A stretch of 63,975 nt of DNA, the filler included, from Octopus bimaculoides (Eukaryota): NCBI RefSeq assembly GCF_001194135.2. It is 6 parts of 5 records of this genome, joined end to end, with 100 filler letters (N's around TTAATTAATTAA, not from the genome) between each part and the next. Parts side by side here need not be neighbours in the genome. Positions count along the whole stretch, not along the records: positions 60,484 to 62,873 come from NW_026396316.1; positions 62,974 to 63,975 come from NW_026330290.1; 4 more parts are not named here. One strand, 5' to 3'. The position numbers were made by a program, and so were the translations under genes. The notes beneath the pieces were generated by a model. The model had not been told where the DNA came from and searched no databases. It was given only the letters and a program-made list of their open reading frames with translations. Position 1 is the stretch's first letter. Each line of letters begins with the position of its first letter. This document shows positions 61,850 through 63,975 of the stretch, piece after piece.

Positions 61850-61998
61850 CTGTCTGTGTTTTTCTTCGTGTTCCTTTCTGTTGAAGAGCGCAGGCTCGAA
61901 ACGTAAGACTTTCTCACCTTCCCGATCGTCAAACTAATACACCTGCTTGTTGTTTTTGCACCTGTCTTCGGCTTTTGTTTTTCTGTAAATTTCAACTA
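61850..61998 (+). mobile_element. Penelope-like pseudo-LTR fragment
   Basis: tgaagagcgcaggctcgaaacgt motif typical of Penelope 3' ends. A related minus-strand piece lies at 16515-16600 (shared cacctgcttgtt). Confidence 0.5.
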
Positions 61999-62153
61999 CA
62001 TGTATTTATACATATAATATAAAAATACACGCACCCATACATACATACATACATACATACATACATGTAGATAGACAAATATAAAAATAGACAAATAGAA
62101 AAACAATTACGTAGATAGATAGATAGCTAGATAGATGAATAAACTGACACACA

Positions 62154-62216
<63 letters not shown>

Positions 62217-62667
62217 AGAGACAGACAGACAGAGTTAGCTAGATAGATAGATAGATACACATACAGACATAAATCTATTTAAAATTTGGGTTTCCTGGTA
62301 TGACACAGGCTCAAGCTAAGTAGATTGGTTGAGATGAGGGGGTGGGTAGCGATGTGGTGGGATGGGCCATCACCACCGTTTGACGTAAGATGCTTGAGGG
62401 AGGTGGTTCTCGTGGTGATGGTGGTGTGGTGGTGGTAGTAGTGAGTGGACAGCGGAGGTGCGGTAGGGCGTGGTGGTGGAGCGTGAGTGTCGACCACATG
62501 AAGTGTGGTTCTGGAGAGATGTGGCACCCTGATAATGACGATGATGATGATGGTGGTGGTGGTGGTGGTTGTGATGGAGGTGGTAGTGATGATGGTGATG
62601 ACGAGGGTGATGACGATGATGATGATGACGGTGACGGTGCTGGTGGCGATGATGGTGTTGATGGTGG

Positions 62668-62708
<41 letters not shown>

Positions 62709-63938
62709 GCCTGAGAGAAACTTCTTAGAAATACTTCGCTGTTTCTTGGTAAGACGCACCACCTCAGAACTTGGCTGTTCTTCAAAAAACCTTGAAAGTG
62801 TCGTCAACCACCCAACGGGCCGACCAGAAGCTAAATTCGCTCTTGTTGCTATGGTGGTTGATATCATCATCATNNNNNNNNNNNNNNNNNNNNNNNNNNN
62901 NNNNNNNNNNNNNNNNNTTAATTAATTAANNNNNNNNNNNNNNNNNNNNNNNNNNNNNNNNNNNNNNNNNNNNTGTTGTTACATCTAATTATTATTATTA
63001 TATCTACTACATATGTGGGAAATTCTTTCTGTAGGTGTGTTTGTGGAGTTGTTAGCTATTTCTTCCTACATCATTTTATCGAATTTGATGAAACTTGACA
63101 CATGAGTAGCACTCATGGCTGGAAACTTCATGGCATACTCAGATTGTTGAAAAAAATGATAACAAGGCTCCCGAAAGGGATTCTTAGATATATAGCTCAT
63201 ATATTTTATTTTAAAAACCAAGGGAAATAACCCATTCGCCCCTGGAAGGGATCCTTATATACAGCCAAGGGAAATAACCCATTCATTTTCCTAAATTATT
63301 TGGTATAAAGGAAATTGAGTACACTTATTTCTTAGTAGTTATTTCTGCAATATATCCAGTACAACCCTTAAACAATAGTATTTTCCTAAACAATAGATCT
63401 ACTTATTTTAGTGAGTGACATATTCACGATTATACCAACACTAGCGCCCTTGAGGGTAATATTCTCTGGGAACGCACAAAAGCCCTTTACAGAGCTATTT
63501 ACTTTGAATTGTTATCTCATATCTGATTAGCCTGTTATTATGTAACATGCTTCACGATTTTAGTATACATACCTTATTAGTATTTCCTCCTACTTTCTAT
63601 ATACTCTCGGAATGCATTAAAGCCCTGTTCATGACTATTTTATTCGAATTCTTACTATTGGGTAACCAATTTCATGTTACTACATATCCGACTTCACAAT
63701 TTGGGTATTCATAACTTATTAGGAATTTCTAAAAACAAGATCCTGTGTAAGACACTTTGGTATTCTTTGTAAATGCACAAATATAGTTTTAAGGGCTACA
63801 TACTTTGTATTATTGTTACTGGATTAGCAAAACAATTATGAGAATGGAACCAAGGGGCAAGTCCTGCTTTCCTGGGAATTACCAGGTACATCAGCTAGTA
63901 TATATACACACATATATATGAGATTTTTATATGTATGC

Positions 63939-63975
<37 letters not shown>

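Noticed and set aside
62279-62873. His-, Asp- or Met-rich ORFs
   Set aside because: They are translations of GAT/GGT trinucleotide tracts in a 2.4-kb segment bounded by artificial joins, with no supported exon structure.

Overview
AT-rich, microsatellite-laden eukaryotic DNA with many N gaps, most probably a cephalopod (Octopus) draft assembly. This species call is an inference from the SINE families and repeat content. Five identical 100-bp spacers (N44-TTAATTAATTAA-N44) are artificial joins, so the window is six segments whose adjacency is not guaranteed. The only host gene I recognise is an internal four-exon piece of phosphatidylinositol 4-kinase III alpha (PI4KA, + strand, 54509-59434). 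A 142-aa orphan ORF with one TM helix, a Cys cluster and an Arg-rich tail lies behind a good splice acceptor at 14216-14650. The rest is mostly transposon-derived: at least four tRNA-headed or related SINE families; R4/Dong-like, RTE, CR1/L2 and Penelope-like retroelement fragments; a Gypsy integrase relic; a hAT-Buster transposase; a Tigger transposase; Helitron and Helentron (HINE) pieces; and several MITEs. The most unusual element is a three-copy MITE family with 8-bp TSDs and GG termini (Merlin-like) that carries telomeric repeats, arranged in two copies as a (CCCTAA)n-(TTAGGG)n palindrome. Most ORFs in the supplied track are artefacts of N runs or microsatellites. No CRISPR array, rRNA or bona fide tRNA gene was found.
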